Shown one piece after another: positions 1 to 21,064 of a stretch of DNA of 64,000 nt (position 1 is the stretch's first letter; each line of letters starts with the position of its first letter). The stretch comes from Macrostomum hystrix (taxonomy: Eukaryota > Animalia > Platyhelminthes): positions 27,032,001 through 27,096,000 of the forward strand of contig CATNEN010000001.1 of assembly GCA_950097015.1 (NCBI GenBank), given 5' to 3'. Position numbers and translations under genes: made by a program. The notes below the pieces were generated by a model. That model was not told where the DNA came from. It worked only from the letters and a program-made list of their open reading frames with translations, and searched no databases.

Positions 1-1854
1 TATATATGCACGAGCGGTAATTAGGCAACTGTATACTTTTCCAGCCGATTAGGCGTCCCCGAGATTAGAGTTTAGCAGTTCCCTTCGATAATATTCTTAG
101 TATAACTTCTGAGTATAATTCTAATTATACTTCTCACTGCTATCTTCCTTTAAAATGAATAACACAATGCAAAGCTGTCGGAAATTTATCTTTTAAACAC
201 ACTTAAAACTATATTTACAAACACCTCTTGAAAAACTACTTCAACTTTTAAACTCTTTAAACACTCTCCTGAAACACTTTAATACTCTTGTACAAAGGCT
301 TTCAGCTTTAACTCAACTCAACAATTTCAACTTCAACTCTAAAAACACATACTTCGAAACACTCTTACAAACTCACTGAAACACTTCGAGCACTTTCGAA
401 CTCTCTCGGACTCACACACAGGTTATTTTTCCAGACCAAATGTGCGGCTATTTATAGTGAGAAAAATTAACTTTTGTTTAAACGGGAGCATTTTACATAA
501 TATTATTTATAATATGCGATTTAAAACAAAATTATTTACATACAGTATTACTTTTGATACGGTACAAAGATAAACAAATTATTATTTTTTTTTGGCGCAT
601 TTTTAATTTTATTTATTTTTATAATTTTTATAATAGAATAACGTATATACAAGAGGCTAACTATTACAATAGTTAACTACTAACTACCGTAACTGCAGAT
701 TTCCCTGTTTTTTTTTCTTTATAATTATAGTCCATAACACATTGGAACCTCATTTTCACACGAATTAAGGATTTCACTACATTTTGAGACATAATTAATA
801 CGTCAGTTCAGCTAAAAAGAGACACCTTGCCTCGAAAGCAATGCATACGAAGCAGTTATGTTGCTTTTAAATATAAATAAAAGAATATTTATTATGTTGT
901 CTTTAGCTTTGCCGGAGTTTTAAAGTAAGTTTTAGTTTTAAGAACATCGCTTAACAAATCTTTAATTTTTTACACTTAAGCACATAAGCACATAAAATTT
1001 GGTTAACGGATATGGTTTATTTTATCATAGGCGTGCATTATTTATTGTAGCAAAGGAACTGGAGGATAAAACTTAAAATTGGTCGATTACTTTAATTTGA
1101 ACTTTTAATTTTCGTAACTTAGTACCGGTTGTAAGTGTAAGGCTCACGCTGTCTTGTTGATGTATCGAGAGTATAGAGATAATTTCAAAACGCTCATAAA
1201 TTCAAGGTAAATAAAATGACTAATTAAAAATGTATTCTTATAATCTAAGTATTTCGCAACATCTTTTTAGAGTACTCTTTTTACCGCGTTTGCATCGTTA
1301 AAATTATATTACGCGAAATGCTTGTTTACCTCTTTGGCAATAACTTCTTGGAAGTTTCAACTGACGCATAGATTGTAAAATAAATATATCGTATGCTTTG
1401 TTTACTCTCCTACATTCAGTTCATTTATAATTCGGTCAGTTCTTTCCCTAAGCTAGCCACGTTTCAGCTTTAAAGGTGGGCAATTTTCCTGTTTCGTTCG
1501 TAAAATTATAATTTCATTTGAAAAAAACGTATTTCGCAACGAGAAATGATGCAAAAAGAGTTCAAACATTGACTTCAAAGTTCTAAGTAGCCGAAGGTGT
1601 TAAGTGTATCTGTTTAGAGTGGATAATAATGGGCAATCCAGAAGAGTATGTTGCCAAGGGTGTTATGTAGTTGAATTGTCAAAATAATAAAATTAGTTGT
1701 AAAACTAATTAAAACATACAAGTAGGCCTAATCATTAGGTATTCATTAATAACCATACAGAGTTTAATCTTGTGTATGTTGGGTTTTGTTGAGAGTCGGA
1801 AAAATAATGATTAATTGTACCTTACAGTGGTATAGTGTGGGTGCATCTTACAAT

Positions 1855-2930
1855 ACATGAATTCCTTGAGATGCGACTCGAATAGGGCCTTGCTCAAAGC
1901 CTCAATGAGGTTTGTGTGCACAGTTGGATCTTAAAGATTATATGGCAAGCTGGTAGTTGACAATAGTAGTAGTAGGCCTATGATTTATGGAGATGTGCTT
2001 AAGCTTGCCATCCATCAATGATCACACATCCGCCTAGGTGATGAATCAGAGGTAGCAGTGTTGCAGCAGTGCAGTTGAGAACAAGAATCATGACACACTT
2101 CCAAGCACCACACTCAACCATGCCTAGTACCCACTGACCATCTTGGTGCACGCCTTGGCATACATGCGCAACACCCGGCCGAACCGGCGAGGTGAAATGA
2201 GGGCCAAGCAAGGTAAGTTGCAAAAACCAACTGACCAAGCACAAAAAAATCAAAGGGGGACCAAGGGACAAAAAAGGAAGGCGTGAAGAAAAGGAAAAAA
2301 GGAAGAGAAAAAGAGCAAATGAGAGCAAACTAAGTCGCAAATAGAGCAATGAAACAAACTAAGTTGTAAATAGAGCAAAAACTAAGTCGCATGGCCGGCT
2401 AAGATTTGGGAGGTTGCGCATGTATGCACCTTGGTTGTAGTTGTGATGAAAGAAGTAGGATTCATCAATTTCTACTAGTTATTTTACCAAGACCACTCAT
2501 GTTCTACCAGATGATCTAAAATGTACTGGGCACAGATTTGAATCTCTGATAAAGTTTTGTTAGTCATCAATTGCATTCTGGCTGATATTAGACTGCAATT
2601 GGCACTCGCCTTGTTTTGCTTCTATAGCCTGTTGCCCACCACAAGATTAGATCTAGCAGCTGATGCAGCATGAGATAGCTAGCTTAAAAAATGAGTCTTT
2701 TTTGGAATTGACACCTGGACATGACAGTTGGTGCATGCCCAGGTAAGCCTATCCAAAATTGGTTGCCTATACACAGCTATAGACACATTGATAGTGCTAT
2801 ATCGCCAACACTAGGCCTATCTCCAAGGCATGTCAAACATGACTGCTGGTTTGCAATAAGATGGTATGTCACCAACTAGTTGATGATGTCCCAAGGTGTT
2901 GCTGTGATGTTGGCGAACTCCTGCATGGTG
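1855..2930 (-). pseudogene. Degraded Merlin (IS1016/ISXO2-like DDE) transposase remnant
   Basis: After removing the 2159-2426 insert, the minus strand reads VEIDESYFFHHNYNQGVHQDGQWVLGMVECGAWKCVMILV..TLLPLI..IIDGWQA and further DPTVHTNLIE..HLKEFMY. This matches the Merlin motifs VEIDES/KYNRG/GQWV/TLLP/SDxW/HTxxIE. Multiple stops and deletions; boundaries approximate. Confidence 0.7.
2159..2426. mobile_element. 268-bp hAT-like MITE
   Basis: TIR CATACATGCGCAAC / GTTGCGCATGTATG; 8-bp flanking duplication CGCCTTGG (2151-2158) / CACCTTGG (2427-2434). Removal restores the Merlin reading frame. Confidence 0.75.
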
Positions 2931-3069
2931 AAGTTAACATTGTATAGCTCTAAGGTAGGCACACTAGGACACAATAAACATTTTGTTGGGCTATCAGCCA
3001 TGTATATTAGCTAATGCAATGCAGTTGCAATCAGACCTAACTGAGTTAGAAATCTTAGAAGTTTGCTAC

Positions 3070-3925
3070 TATAGCTTTTTGCAAATGAATTCAGCCTATC
3101 TGCAAAAGCTTTCAGCCAGCCAGGGCCAGCCCATTTAGTGGAAGCCAGAATTCCCCATAGACAACTGGCTCATCCCACAGAACAATTCAGCCAATCTGCA
3201 ATATAATTCGTCCAATGCCAATTTTTAACTGCATGCAAACCAATACAAAATAACTCTGTAACTCTGTAACTTGACTTAGCGTTGACACATGGGGGACAGG
3301 GTTTGCGTCTCCGAGTTGCAACAGGTGAGTCCGCATCTGTCCCAGAGTTGCCGTGGGATTTGTCTCCAGAAGTTGCCTGACAGACTCCATCTGATGTGGT
3401 AGCATCACCTTTGGCCGTCCACCAGCTGCAGGTAGCTTTGCCACGCGCCCTTCCCGATTGTACACGGAGATGACAGTCCTAGCCGTTTTTCGTTTCACTC
3501 CAAGGACATCAGCCAGTCCGACCCAATCGCGTCCCTCTTCGTACGCTGATACCAACCTGGTCCTGTCTTCGTTCGACACGGGATTGTAGGCACCACAAAT
3601 CATGTTATAAACTCTATTGATGAACTCTATTGATGGAGTTTGGATGAAAGGTTTTGCGGCTTTGTGGGTAGCAGAAGCAAGTTGTCTATGGCAGAAAGCA
3701 CCCTACGTAACTTTTCTCACTGGAGTTCTATGGGGGACTGCCACTGCGACAAACAACGTTAAGTTGACTGGCTGAAAGGTTTTGCGGATAGGCTGAATTG
3801 ATTTGCAAAAAGTTCTGCGGGATGAGCCAGTTGTCTATGGGGAATTCTGGCTTCCACTCAATGGGCTGGCCCTGGCTGGCTGAAAGGTTTTGCAGATAGG
3901 CTGAATTCTTTTGCAAAAAGCTATA
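3070..3925 (-). mobile_element. Internally deleted Tc1/IS630-like DNA transposon
   Basis: ~114-bp inverted repeats 3070-3183 and 3812-3925 with TA at both outer ends. They enclose ORF 3187-3603 resembling the N-terminal HTH region (GGRPK linker); no DDE domain. Confidence 0.65.
3187..3603 (-). pseudogene. Truncated transposase, DNA-binding HTH part only
   Basis: EDRTRLVSAYEEG..LADVLGVKRKTARTVI..GGRPK..LLETNPTATLGQMR pattern; similarity lost after ~aa 110. Confidence 0.6.
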
Positions 3926-4953
3926 ATATATGAGTCCTATTTCTAAGCCCCCTAGTTTTGACCATAGACATACACTCCCAAGTTGCCATCTTAGTGCAAT
4001 TTCAAAATTATGCCTAGTTTTTTCTGAGTGTCTTAAGATCTCAGTGACATAAAATGTGATCATTTTTCATTGTTTTCCCTAATTTATTGTTGCTTGCACT
4101 TAAGTTTTTCAAAAAATTTAACAAACAAAACAGGAAAATTGCTAGCCAGTTTTATAGTTCTTAGAGAAAAAAATTTAACTGATCATAATCCTAATAAGTT
4201 AATCAAAAAAATCTACAATATTAAAGTAATACTATATAGAACTTCTATAGTGGAAAACTATTTAAATTTGAGGTGTGAGTTCTTTTACCTCAGAAAGTGT
4301 GATTTTGCATAGTAGGTATTGTAGTATAGCCAATTTTATATTATATAAATTATTATTATTTTTTTTATATAATAATTTATTCATAATATTTTTGGCCTAT
4401 TATGATAAATTAATTTAAGTGCCTAGTCATAGTAACAACAATATAAACTAATTCACAAAAACAGGTGGTTCTAATCTGAAGCAGATTGAATTTGAATTTC
4501 TAATTGACTCTTGACAGTGTAGAATGTTGCTAACTGAGTATTTTGAAGTTCTTCTTACTGGAGTTTGAATAAGCTTCACTTTCATACATAAGATAGAAAA
4601 AAGGATATATAGACTTGTTAAAAAAATAAATAATAGACATAACTCCTTACTACAACTAAACAGGCAGTGTCCTCTAAATATCATGCGAGAGGAATTTCTA
4701 GCCATTTATAGGCAGACAAAGAAATTAGATGTACAATTGTGCACTAAGGACCTTTCCCACTATAATTAAACAGTAAAATACTTTTACCAGCACTATCCAA
4801 GGACACCAACCTGAATAAAGATAATCATATAGTGCTAGAGCAGACAGTGGTTTCCTTACTCAGTGTAGGGAATATATTGGATAACTGATTACATTCAGCT
4901 GCAAAAAAGTTGAAAGCTAAGTTGATAGACTAGTAACTTACTTCAGTCTCCCC

Positions 4954-7900
4954 TGTCATGAGTATAGCGTCTGTGCACACGTTTGTACACCCGTCTAGGT
5001 GTACATGCTAGCGTTCTCTCTCTCATGCTACCATATTATGTAATCGCGTCTGGCTCTGCGTGTGCTACTTATATATCGGCTGAAGCCAAATAGATTGGTT
5101 GGAGCTTTGCTCTCGTCCGCGCTCATCACATGGCATCGCAAGCTACAGTAATTTAATAGTGCATGGACCTGAAACCGCCCGGAGAGTTGGAGACCGACTC
5201 CAACGAGACTTGGAAACGATGGCGTCAGAAATTCATGATCTACCTCAGGGCCACAGGCATTGTTGAAGAAGAGCGCCGAATCAATTTGTTCCTGCACCTC
5301 ATCGGTGACACCGGGCTGGACATCTACAACACGCTAGAATTTGAAGACGGTGAAGAGGAGGAAAAAAGCACCGCTGATAAACGCCGAACTCTAGAAGATG
5401 TTTTGGGACGTTTCGATGAGCATTTTAGCCCGCGCACTAGCGAAGTGTTCGAACGATTCAAGTTCTGGGAGCGAGACCAGAAAGAAGCGGAGCCTGTGGA
5501 CCTATTTGTGACCGATTTGAAGCGCCTTGCCACAACGTGCAACTTCGACACTCAAAAAGAAAAAATGATCCGGGACAAGATCGTCTTGGGCTGCAATGAC
5601 TCTCGAATGCGAGAGCGGCTACTCCGAGAGCCGGAGCTCGATCTGAGAACGGCGATCGACATGTGCCGAGCTGCTGAATCCGCCAAGCATCAGATGAAGG
5701 AAGTCGAGAAAGGCCTGAACTCCGTAAGAGCGTCATCTTCGTTAAGTCAAGTGACCACACGACGGCATTCAAGCGGTAGCCATGGCAACTCAGCACCCAG
5801 CGCACAAGCAGACACTCGAAGTCAGTTTGGAGCGAACGCCGCTCGCACAGCTCCGACTCAGCAGTTTGCACGCTGCAACCACTGCGGATACGGTCATCGT
5901 GAAGGCAAGTGTCCTGCTTTCGGTAAGCGATGCTTGAGTTGTGGCCGCATGAATCACTTCCGTAGTCAGTGCCAGAGTAAAAGCCAGAAAGTCATGACTG
6001 TGGGTGTCGCGGAAGCTGCTGAGCCCCGTCCGGACGGGGATGAGGTTTGCTTCATCGGAACACTGCAGTCTGATGGTGAATCAGCTTGGTTAGCCGAAGT
6101 CCAGCTGCCAAATGGTGAGAGGCTGAAATGTAAGATGGACACTGGAGCAGAGGTGAACGTGTTGCCTGCTCACCTGCTTCCGGCTGGGGAGCAGCTGTGC
6201 GCCACTCGTACAGTTCTAACTGCCTTTGGCGGAGCGCGCATTCCGGTTCTTGGGAAGTGCAGGCTGAGGGTAAAGGTGCAGGGCAAGTCATCTGAGCTGG
6301 AGTTCATGGTGTCAGATGTGAAGCAAGGCATCCTGGGCCTTCCAGCGCTGAGTGCATTGGACCTTGTCCGACGTGTTGAGGTTGTCTGTCGGCAACCATG
6401 TATCGATGAAAACTTTGTACTTAAGGAGTTCGCTGACCTATTCGATGAAAAGTTAGGCTGCCTGCCGTACGTACACTCTTTCACCCTGGATGATCGTGTC
6501 ATGCCGGTAGTCAACGCGCCTCGAAAGATCCCGTTTGCCTTGCAAGAGAAGGTTCAAGAGGAGTTGCAGCGTATGGAATCGCTTGGAGTCATAGTGAAAG
6601 TTGCTGAGCCTACTGACTGGGTTAATTCTCTGGTCACGGTTCACAAGCCCGATGGTAGTCTGCGGCTCTGCATAGATCCAACGCATCTTAATAAGGCCAT
6701 TAAGCGCGCTCACTACCCAATGACGACGGTGGAGCAAGTTATAGCGCGAATCCCAGGAGCCAAGTTTTTCACAGTTCTAGATGCAAAGACTGGCTTTTGG
6801 CAAATCAGACTCCATGAAAAATGCTCGGAACTGTGTACCTTCAACACCCCATGGGGCAGGTACAAGTTTGTGCGACTGCCCCCTGGAACAATCGATGCTC
6901 CCGAAGTTTATCAACGTGAGCTTAGCAAGATCTTCAGCAGCTGGGCTGAGGTCATTGTTGACGACATGCTGGTCTGGGGAAAGACGCGCGAGGAGCACGA
7001 CCAGAAGCTATTGAAGGTCCTCAACGAGGCTCGAAGAGTGAATTTGAAGCTTAATCGCAGGAAGTTGAGGGTTGGCGTCTCGTCTGTCAACTATGTCGGT
7101 CATGTGATCTCTTCTGATGGAGTGATGCCAGACCCTGTTAAGGTGAAAGCAATCCAGGAGCTTCCAGTGCCCGAGGACAAGCAGGCGGTGATGCGGCTGC
7201 TGGGCATGGCCACCTACCTCGGCAAATTCATTCCGAAAGCGTCAGACCTAACGGATCCACTTCGCTCGCTTTTAAAGAAGGATGTGCTGTTCGACTGGCA
7301 GGAAAGGCAGCAAAAAGCTTTTGAGAAGCTGAAAGAAGTATTGACGCAAGCACCCGTATTAAGGCTGTTTGATCCTACAGTAGATGTCGAGTTGCAAGTT
7401 GACAGTTCATCTGTTGGAGTTGGTTGTGCGTTGCTACAGAATGGACAGCCTGTCGCGTATGGTTCCGCAGCTTTGACTTCGACGCAGAAAAATTATGCCC
7501 AGATTGAGAAGGAGACGCTGGCTGTCGTGATTGCTTGCAAAAAGTTTCATGACTACGTCTATGGCCTACCAGTGGTTCGAGTCACGACTGATCACAAGCC
7601 GCTGGAGATAATTTTCAAACGAGATTTGGTTCACGCCCCACCGAGAATTGCTCGAATGCTGTACCAGCTCAAAAGGTACAATCTGAAGGTCTCGTGGTCA
7701 CCAGGATCCAAGATGCAGATTGCCGACACGTTGTCAAGAGCGTACTTGCCAGAGACCGAGGCAGCTTTGGATGATGAAATCGAGGTGGAGGTCCACCAGC
7801 TGTGCAGGAGTCTACCGATATCTGCCGTTCGGATGCAAGAAATTCGTGACGAGACTAGCAAGGATCGCGATTTGTCTCTTGTGGCACAGTTCGTTCAGGA

Positions 7901-9706
7901 TGGTTGGCCAACAGATTACCGCCGTGTTTGTTCATCTATCCGTTCTTACTGGAGCTTCAAGGAAGAACTGGTCTATCACGAAGGCGTACTGCTGAAGGTG
8001 AACCGTGTCATTGTGCCTGTCTCACTGCGTCAGAAGATCCTGGAGATTCTGCACGAAGGCCATGCTGGAATGGGCAAGACCGAAGCGCGTGCGCGTCAGA
8101 TTCTGTACTGGCCTGGAATGTCAGCCGATATGAAACGGTTCGTGAGTCGCTGCACTACGTGCCAGGCATTTCAGCCTGCCAATCCAAGGGAGCCGCTGAT
8201 GAGCCATCAGGTTCCAGATTCACCATGGACAAAGGTTGGCTGCGATTTGCTCGACTTTAAGGGTGACAAGTGGCTGGTCGTTACATGTTACTACAGCAAT
8301 TGGATTGAGTTGGCAAAACTGGGCCAGCAGTCAGGAGCTGCTCTGGTAATTTCTAGAATAAAGTCTATGTTTGCCAGGTTCGGAATCGTCAAGGAGCTGG
8401 TCAGCGACAATGGACCCCCGTTTAGCTCATTCAAGTTTCAAGAGTTTGCTGCTGAGTTCGGTTTCCGACACACGCGATCGTCTCCAGGTCATGCGCAGTC
8501 TAATGGAATGGCTGAGAAGGCAGTCAAAGTGGCAAAGAGCATTCTGCGGAAATCGGACCAGCCGGAGGTAGCGCTGATGGAATATCGGGCGTCACCGATC
8601 AGTGGAACCAAAATTAGTCCGAGTGAGCTAATGTTCGGTCGGCTGATTCGGACGAAGCTGCCAGCAGACAGCAGAGCATTGGTCCAGAACAGGACAACCG
8701 AGTTCTCCAAGGCTCCGCTGCAGGCGGTTCAACAGCGTTACTACGACCAGCATAGCCGAACTCTACCAGAACTGCATGTCGGTGATGCTGTCCGCTACCG
8801 TCAAGATTTCAAATGGGAGCCAGCAGTCGTCGTGGAAGCTGATCCGGCTCTGCGCTCCTACCGGGTGCAGACGCAACACGGCCGTGAGCTCGTTCGGAAC
8901 CGTCGGGACCTTCACCTGGTTCCGCAACAAGCCACTCCAGAGGCTGAGGACGTCGTCGCAGCGAGACAAGAGGGCACAACCAGTCCGGAAGCAACGGCAG
9001 CATTTCGAGCACCTGCTGAGGCTGGCGAGCTTCCGCGGCGGTCGGCCAGGACCACAAAGGGCGTGTTGCCTGCCCGCTACCGATCTGATGACTGAGTATG
9101 ATTGTGATGGACTGTTTAGTGACTGTTTATTGGCCGTTTAAAGACTATTATTTGCAGTGCGTTTATGTTAGATTTTGTCTCTTTTTGCGAGCATTTGCTA
9201 ATATTCTTTTGCGGTTGCTTTTGCTAAAACTTATTTTTTCATGATTTGATTTTGATTTGATTTGAAATGCTAATGATTTTTTGAGTTGCCTTATGCTCTG
9301 AGTTTTTTTGCATGAAAACTATAATTATCGATTTTATTCCTTTTGATTTCTGCGTGATGCAAAAAGATTTTTTTTAATTCCCTAATTATCCAGTCACAAT
9401 ATTTTTTTTGTTAATTTTTAAGCTTTGTCCTATAACTCTCGTTTTAATTTCTCGCAAGCTTGCTATTCGTCGAAATTTAATTTAATGTAATGTCTGCATT
9501 CACTATTTTTGTTGCTTTTAGAAGGGAGATGTCATGAGTATAGCGTCTGTGCACACGTTTGTACACCCGTCTAGGTGTACATGCTAGCGTTCTCTCTCTC
9601 ATGCTACCATATTATGTAATCGCGTCTGGCTCTGCGTGTGCTACTTATATATCGGCTGAAGCCAAATAGATTGGTTGGAGCTTTGCTCTCGTCCGCGCTC
9701 ATCACA
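4954..9706 (+). mobile_element. Intact Ty3/Gypsy LTR retrotransposon (Gypsy-1)
   Basis: Identical 177-bp TG...CA LTRs (4954-5130, 9530-9706), 5-bp TSD TCCCC, TGG-starting PBS at 5131, PPT AGAAGGGAGA at 9520-9529, single uninterrupted ORF. Confidence 0.97.
5163..9095 (+). CDS. Gag-Pol polyprotein, 1310 aa (Gag, protease, RT, RNase H, integrase)
   Basis: CxxC-x4-H-x4-C knuckle, protease DTGA, RT LDAKTGFWQ / IVDD, RNase H YAQIEKE / TDHKPL, integrase HHCC and SDNGP..SNGMAE; Gypsy domain order. Confidence 0.96.
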   Translation: MDLKPPGELETDSNETWKRWRQKFMIYLRATGIVEEERRINLFLHLIGDTGLDIYNTLEFEDGEEEEKSTADKRRTLEDVLGRFDEHFSPRTSEVFERFKFWERDQKEAEPVDLFVTDLKRLATTCNFDTQKEKMIRDKIVLGCNDSRMRERLLREPELDLRTAIDMCRAAESAKHQMKEVEKGLNSVRASSSLSQVTTRRHSSGSHGNSAPSAQADTRSQFGANAARTAPTQQFARCNHCGYGHREGKCPAFGKRCLSCGRMNHFRSQCQSKSQKVMTVGVAEAAEPRPDGDEVCFIGTLQSDGESAWLAEVQLPNGERLKCKMDTGAEVNVLPAHLLPAGEQLCATRTVLTAFGGARIPVLGKCRLRVKVQGKSSELEFMVSDVKQGILGLPALSALDLVRRVEVVCRQPCIDENFVLKEFADLFDEKLGCLPYVHSFTLDDRVMPVVNAPRKIPFALQEKVQEELQRMESLGVIVKVAEPTDWVNSLVTVHKPDGSLRLCIDPTHLNKAIKRAHYPMTTVEQVIARIPGAKFFTVLDAKTGFWQIRLHEKCSELCTFNTPWGRYKFVRLPPGTIDAPEVYQRELSKIFSSWAEVIVDDMLVWGKTREEHDQKLLKVLNEARRVNLKLNRRKLRVGVSSVNYVGHVISSDGVMPDPVKVKAIQELPVPEDKQAVMRLLGMATYLGKFIPKASDLTDPLRSLLKKDVLFDWQERQQKAFEKLKEVLTQAPVLRLFDPTVDVELQVDSSSVGVGCALLQNGQPVAYGSAALTSTQKNYAQIEKETLAVVIACKKFHDYVYGLPVVRVTTDHKPLEIIFKRDLVHAPPRIARMLYQLKRYNLKVSWSPGSKMQIADTLSRAYLPETEAALDDEIEVEVHQLCRSLPISAVRMQEIRDETSKDRDLSLVAQFVQDGWPTDYRRVCSSIRSYWSFKEELVYHEGVLLKVNRVIVPVSLRQKILEILHEGHAGMGKTEARARQILYWPGMSADMKRFVSRCTTCQAFQPANPREPLMSHQVPDSPWTKVGCDLLDFKGDKWLVVTCYYSNWIELAKLGQQSGAALVISRIKSMFARFGIVKELVSDNGPPFSSFKFQEFAAEFGFRHTRSSPGHAQSNGMAEKAVKVAKSILRKSDQPEVALMEYRASPISGTKISPSELMFGRLIRTKLPADSRALVQNRTTEFSKAPLQAVQQRYYDQHSRTLPELHVGDAVRYRQDFKWEPAVVVEADPALRSYRVQTQHGRELVRNRRDLHLVPQQATPEAEDVVAARQEGTTSPEATAAFRAPAEAGELPRRSARTTKGVLPARYRSDD

Positions 9707-10205
9707 TCCCCAACCGAAAATGGGAAACAAAGTGCTTGCAGCATGATTTATAAAAGATTGTAAAACGAAAAAATAAACAAATTGGTGCCACAGGTGGCAC
9801 AATGACCGTAGACAAAGATGATGGCAAAAGAATATGGTATGTGAATATTGGCTAGATTACAAAGAGACAAATGCTTGATTAGGAAAAGCCAGGCACCCAG
9901 AGACAGAAACAAGGTTATTATTGTAAGATTTGCTTAATGTAGAAAAGCTCTAGCTACATGTTTATGAAATAAGACATGAAATAATTAATAAGTAAAAATG
10001 TTTGTTTGTTTGTTTTTTTAATGCTGTAATTGATATAGTAAAAAGTTACAAAAACTTTCTATTTATTTTTTGTCTCCATTTTTTGTTTTATTATGTTTTA
10101 TTATTCTTTAAAACTTTTCTCTTTCAATTGTGTTCTAAGCTGCTCGAACTAAGGGTACTTAACTAATTTCTACACTAATATTTCACTTATTAACTTTGCA
10201 ATTAA

Positions 10206-18763
<8,558 letters not shown>

Positions 18764-18999
18764 CTTGGAACAGGCGAACCTACTCACTGTCCCAATCGGG
18801 GAGTGAGTAGTGCTCAGTGCCGCTCTTGCTGTGGCTCTGTCGCCTGTTCCACTGGCTGTTTCCTCTTTTTGCCGTCCCAAGCTCTCCGGATTGTCCTAGC
18901 AACCTGAACTGATCGTTTTAATTAAAAAAAATTGTTTTCTAAATCCCCAATTAGGAATCCCCATGTCCCCAGATCCCAAGACATTGCCAGGTGAGTCTT

Positions 19000-19096
19000 C
19001 TCGAATCCCATGACCAATCAGCTGACAAAAGTCGGGCCTTAGCAGCCTTCGACTCCGGCTTTGATTGTGAATTAGCGGCTGACACCGTTATTCGAG
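19000..19096 (+). promoter_or_regulatory. Candidate SECIS element (form 2) in the TGR 3' UTR
   Basis: ATGA (19010-19013), stem CAATCA-GCTG pairing with CGGC-TGATTG, unpaired AAAA (19027-19030), apical mini-stem GTCG..CGAC, GA at 19069-19070. Possible lower helix CTCGAAT/ATTCGAG. Confidence 0.8.
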
Positions 19097-19564
19097 TTGA
19101 CCCTGCCTGGCTGCCTGTAGCGGTGACTCTATTCGCATCAGTAATATCTAGCTAAGCACAGGAATTATTTTCACCTATAATTAATTTGATGTATATTTAT
19201 GCCAGTACAGTTATTGGCTATTGACTACCTAACATTAAATATTGACCAGTCTTATTTTGGCACCATTCGCCGAGTGAATCCAGCGCCTGTGCATCTACAA
19301 TTCAAGTGCTCTATGATAACTCTTTATTTTCTGTTGCTTAATATAAGCTATAATAAGCACTGCATGAAGATCCTTGGCTGTTCAATCTATTCGTTTATTT
19401 AATTATTTTTTCAATTAGATTCTCAAATTCATTGCGTAATTGCCTTTCGTGACTTGAATTTCTTTTTACACTTTGTGAAGTTAAGTGCTGTGAAAAAAGC
19501 CGCGGTGCCTCGCATGTCTACCTTAAACCTGGATCAGGTGCAGTGTTTGCTTATCGTGCCAAGT

Positions 19565-21064
19565 CTGGTGGGTCAGTTGCCTTTGTAGCTAGGGCTGGTG
19601 GGTCAGTTGCATTCGTTGGTAGGGCTGGTGGGTCAGTTGCATTCGTTGGTAGGGCTTGTGGGTCAGTTGCCTTTGTAGCTAGGGCTGGTGGGTCAGTTGC
19701 CTTTGTAGCTAGGGCTGGTGGGTCAGTTGCCTTTGTAGCTAGGGCTGGTGGGTCAGTTGCATTCGTTGGTAGGGCTGGTGGGTCAGTTGCATTCGTTGGT
19801 AGGGCTTGTGGGTCAGTTGCCTTTGTAGCTAGGGCTGGTGGGTCAGTTGCATTCGTTGGTAGGGCTGGTGAGGTCATGCAGTCACTGAGGCCTACCAGTT
19901 GCATTCGTTGGTAGGGCTTGTGGGTCAGTTGCCTTTGTAGCTAGGGCTGGTGGGTCAGTTGCCTTTGTAGCTAGGGCTGGTGGGTCAGTTGTCTTTATTG
20001 CTATGGGCTGGTGGGTCAATTGCTTTTGTTGCTAGGGCTGGGGGGGTCAGTTGCATTCGTTGGTAGGGCTTGTGGGTCAGTTGCCTTTGTAGCTAGGGCT
20101 GGTGGGTCGGTTGCCTTTGTTGCTAGGGCTGGTGGGTCAGTTGCGTTTGTAGCTAGGGCTGGTGGGTCAGTTGCGTTTTTAGCTAGGGCTGGTGGGTCAG
20201 TTGCCTTTGTTGCTAGGGCTGGTGGGTCAGTTGCGTTTGTAGCTAGGGCTGGTGGGTCAGTTGCGTTTGTAGCTAGGGCTGGTGGGTCAGTTGCGTTTTT
20301 AGCTAGGGCTGGTGGGTCAGTTGCCTTTGTTGCTAGGGCTGGTGGGTCAGTTGCCTTTGTTGCTAGGGCTGGTGGGTCAGTTGCGTTTGTAGCTAGGGCT
20401 GGTGGGTCAGTTGCGTTTTTAGCTAGGGCTGGTGGGTCAGTTGCCTTTGTTGCTAGGGCTGGTGGGTCAGTTGCGTTTGTAGCTAGGGCTGGTGGGTCAG
20501 TTGCGTTTTTAGCTAGGGCTGGTGGGTCAGTTGCCTTTGTTGCTAGGGCTGGTGGGTCAGTTGCCTTTGTTGCTAGGGCTGGTGGGTCAGTTGCCTTTGT
20601 TGCTAGGGCTGGTGGGTCAGTTGCCTTTGTTGCTAGGGCTGGTGGGTCAGTTGCATTCGTTGGTAGGGCTGGTGAGGTCATGCAGTCACTGAGGCCTACC
20701 AGTTGCATTCGTTGGTAGGGCTTGTGGGTCAGTTGCCTTTGTAGCTAGGGCTGGTGGGTCAGTTGCCTTTGTAGCTAGGGCTGGTGGGTCAGTTGTCTTT
20801 ATTGCTATGGGCTGGTGGGTCAATTGCTTTTGTTGCTAGGGCTGGGGGGGTCAGTTGCATTCGTTGGTAGGGCTTGTGGGTCAGTTGCCTTTGTAGCTAG
20901 GGCTGGTGGGTCAGTTGCCTTTGTTGCTAGGGCTGGTGGGTCAGTTGCGTTTGTAGCTAGGGCTGGTGGGTCAGTTGCGTTTTTAGCTAGGGCTGGTGGG
21001 TCAGTTGCCTTTGTTGCTAGGGCTGGTGGGTCAGTTGCCTTTGTTGCTAGGGCTGGTGGGTCAA
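19565..21064. repeat. 30-bp minisatellite with an 804-bp higher-order duplication
   Basis: Unit AGGGCTGGTGGGTCAGTTGCCTTTGTAGCT; the variant block GAGGTCATGCAGTCACTGAGGCCTACC recurs at 19870 and 20674. Confidence 0.95.

Noticed and set aside
1-1800. AT-rich region with degenerate AAACACTCTT-like repeats at ~195-420
   Set aside because: Possibly a TE fragment, but no termini, TSD or coding signal could be established.
4744-4953. Three 43-49-nt GT-AG intron-like segments on the minus strand
   Set aside because: The joined mini-exons give no continuous open frame; cannot be supported without RNA data.
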